Below are positions 62,106 to 64,000 of a stretch of DNA of 64,000 nucleotides, in pieces. The notes under the pieces are model-generated. The model was not told where the DNA came from, did not search any database, and saw only the letters and a program-made list of their open reading frames with translations. Source of the DNA: Pristiophorus japonicus (Eukaryota); NCBI RefSeq assembly GCF_044704955.1, contig NC_091992.1:6324001-6388000 (forward strand). The letters are read 5' to 3'. Position 1 is the stretch's first letter. Each line of letters opens with the position of its first letter. The position numbers and the translations under genes were made by a program.

Positions 62106-62889
62106 TGTGTCACAATCCCAGGCTCTGAAGAGCAGCCCAACTTCTCCATTCCAATCTCCCATGTAGACGTACCCTGAATGTCATCTCTGGATGAAGTTGC
62201 CAGTTTAGTGTCAACCTATGAGCAGCTTTAAGCTATGGATCAGAATTGACAGGAATTAGGATGTGACTGCTCAAAGGCACCTCATGTCAGACCCTTTACA
62301 GCTGGTGGACAGAGAACTTTGGGTCCCAGCTCGTAGTAGAAGAGACGCCCCAGAATTTGTCTCTCATTCCCATATCTGACCTCAGAATAGGCCCACCTTA
62401 GCAGACCAGGCTTGGATCTCTCGAAGAAAGGTCATTCATTTTTTATTAGTGGTATCATCAGCCTACTTATAAAGGGGGTCAAGAGACAGGTTCATTCTTC
62501 TTAATGGGGGAGTGGACCTGACCCTCTCTCACCCTCCACCCTTCTCTCCCCCACAGATGACATTAGACCCCAGGCCTTCTGGCCTGTGTTGGGTGGGATG
62601 TGCCTGCCATGTTCCTCCCTCTGACCTCATTTCCTCTTAGGGTCAGCGCTGGAGATCAATGGCAGGTGCGATCCTGGCATATGTACCGGAATCGTAGCAT
62701 TTCAAAATCCCTCTCCCTGACTGTTCAGGACATGCTTTGGGATCCCAGGCCCACTAACAATGGTGCAACATTCAGCGATCAAGGGCATGTGCACGATTAC
62801 TTGTTTGTACTCCAAATGGATAATTTTCCATTTCTGCACTACTGGCCTGGGGCGTCGCCCATTGGAAGCCCGTATCATAAACCTTTAAC

Positions 62890-63120
62890 ATTACATAGTA
62901 TTTACAGCACAGAAACAGGCCATTCAGCCCAACTGGTCTGTGCCGATGTTTATGCTCCACTCGAGCCTCCTCCACCCTTCTTCATCTCACCCCATCAGCA
63001 TAACCCTCTATTCCTTTCTCCCTCGTGTACTTATCTAGCTTCCCTTAAATATATCTATTCTATTTGCCTCAACCACTCCCTGCAGTAGCGAGTTCCGCAT
63101 TCCAACCGCTCTCTGGATAA
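62890..63120 (-). mobile_element. Short CR1 3' fragment
   Basis: Complementary to the tail of the 51352-53278 subfamily (gaggctcgagtggagcataaa). Confidence 0.75.
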
Positions 63121-63579
63121 GTATTGGATTTATCAGTGACGATCTTATTTGAGTGCCTAAATCTGAGGATTCTATCGGCCTACCAGTGGATGATGCATCT
63201 CGCTGCCAGCAGGCAGTCTGAAAATGACCCCTTTAGTGCCGAGGGTGGGGGGCTGAGAGCTGATATGAAGGGCAAAAAATTGAAGGCACAGTTTAAGGAG
63301 TATAGAAATAGCCTCAAAATAAAAAGTGTTTTCTGGCACAGAGGCAGTGGTTGGCTGTGCTGGATACCATGTGCTGTGGAGTGTCAGTTCCTGTGACCCC
63401 ACCAATGCTGAGTTACTGACCTCAACCCAACATTTCTTGGCACTTGTGCCTTCTCCATCTTCTGCCTGCAGCATCAATCGGGCCAAGGTTGTGGTTTTGC
63501 TGGTCTGAGTGCTTTGTAAGTCTGAATGAGCTATGGATAGATTTGTGTCTGGCACTCCTTGATCAGCTCCCAGTCTTGG

Positions 63580-63692
63580 AATATTAAGGGAATCAAGGGA
63601 TATGGGGACAGTGCAGGAAAGTGGAGTTGAGGTAGAACAGCCACGCTCACATTGAATGGCGGAGCAGGCTCGAGGGGCCGAATGGCCGACTC
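63580..63692 (+). mobile_element. CR1 tail fragment
   Basis: gggaatcaagggatatgggg...aggctcgaggggccgaatggcc. Confidence 0.75.
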
Positions 63693-64000
63693 TAACTGTT
63701 GGAGGATGGCAGAACAGCATTAACGTGGGCCCAGAAACACAGCACTTGCCCCCTCCCCTTTTCCCTGGATCACGAAATAGTAGCTGCAGTGTGTGGAAGC
63801 GCGAAATAGATTAAACACTCAGTTCAATAATCAAAAGCAAACTACAAGCATAGATTCTAGATGTTGCCTCTTGCTGAGAGCTTTTTAGCCGAGGCAGTGA
63901 ACCAGTAAGTGGAGAGTAATGCACTCTTCGACGTATTTTTTACGTTGGTTCAATCCCTGGCCTGTGCCCAGTTCACTGATTCAGCTCTGGTGACGCACCC

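Noticed and set aside
62520-62625. Strong acceptor (ttctctccccacag) as a possible last BCAS3 exon
   Set aside because: The phase-1 translation DDIRPQAFWPVLGGMCLPCSSL* does not resemble the known BCAS3 C-terminus (ELQREGSIETLSNSSGS...), which I could not find in the window

Overview
Repeat-dense vertebrate genomic DNA, not prokaryotic. The repeat complement (CR1 LINEs with (CATAGAAA)n/(CATAAGAA)n tails, SacSINE1-like DeuSINEs, L2, RTE, Penelope) points to a cartilaginous fish, probably a shark; this is inferred from repeat content only. The only host coding sequence I can support is one 168-nt + strand exon (25936-26103) that I recognise as the penultimate coding exon of BCAS3, so the window is the two large introns around it. 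In human, BCAS3 lies next to TBX2/TBX4. Nearly all ORFs in the track are decayed transposon fragments, tandem-repeat artefacts or N-gap artefacts. Best observations: (1) a 5'-truncated Penelope-like element with an inverted pseudo-LTR that puts a minimal hammerhead ribozyme motif on each strand about 1 kb after the exon; (2) a Harbinger element with both TIRs and subterminal repeats; (3) pogo/Tigger-type elements nested in CR1 with clean TA duplications; (4) a 132-bp near-perfect inverted templated insertion and an older ~395-bp foldback; (5) SINE- and MITE-derived tandem arrays; (6) motif-dense unique islands that may be TBX2-region enhancers; (7) a weak candidate antisense spliced transcript. 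I found no convincing new multi-gene system. Boundaries of decayed repeats are approximate (about +/-10-30 bp), and family names come from recognition, not from database searches.
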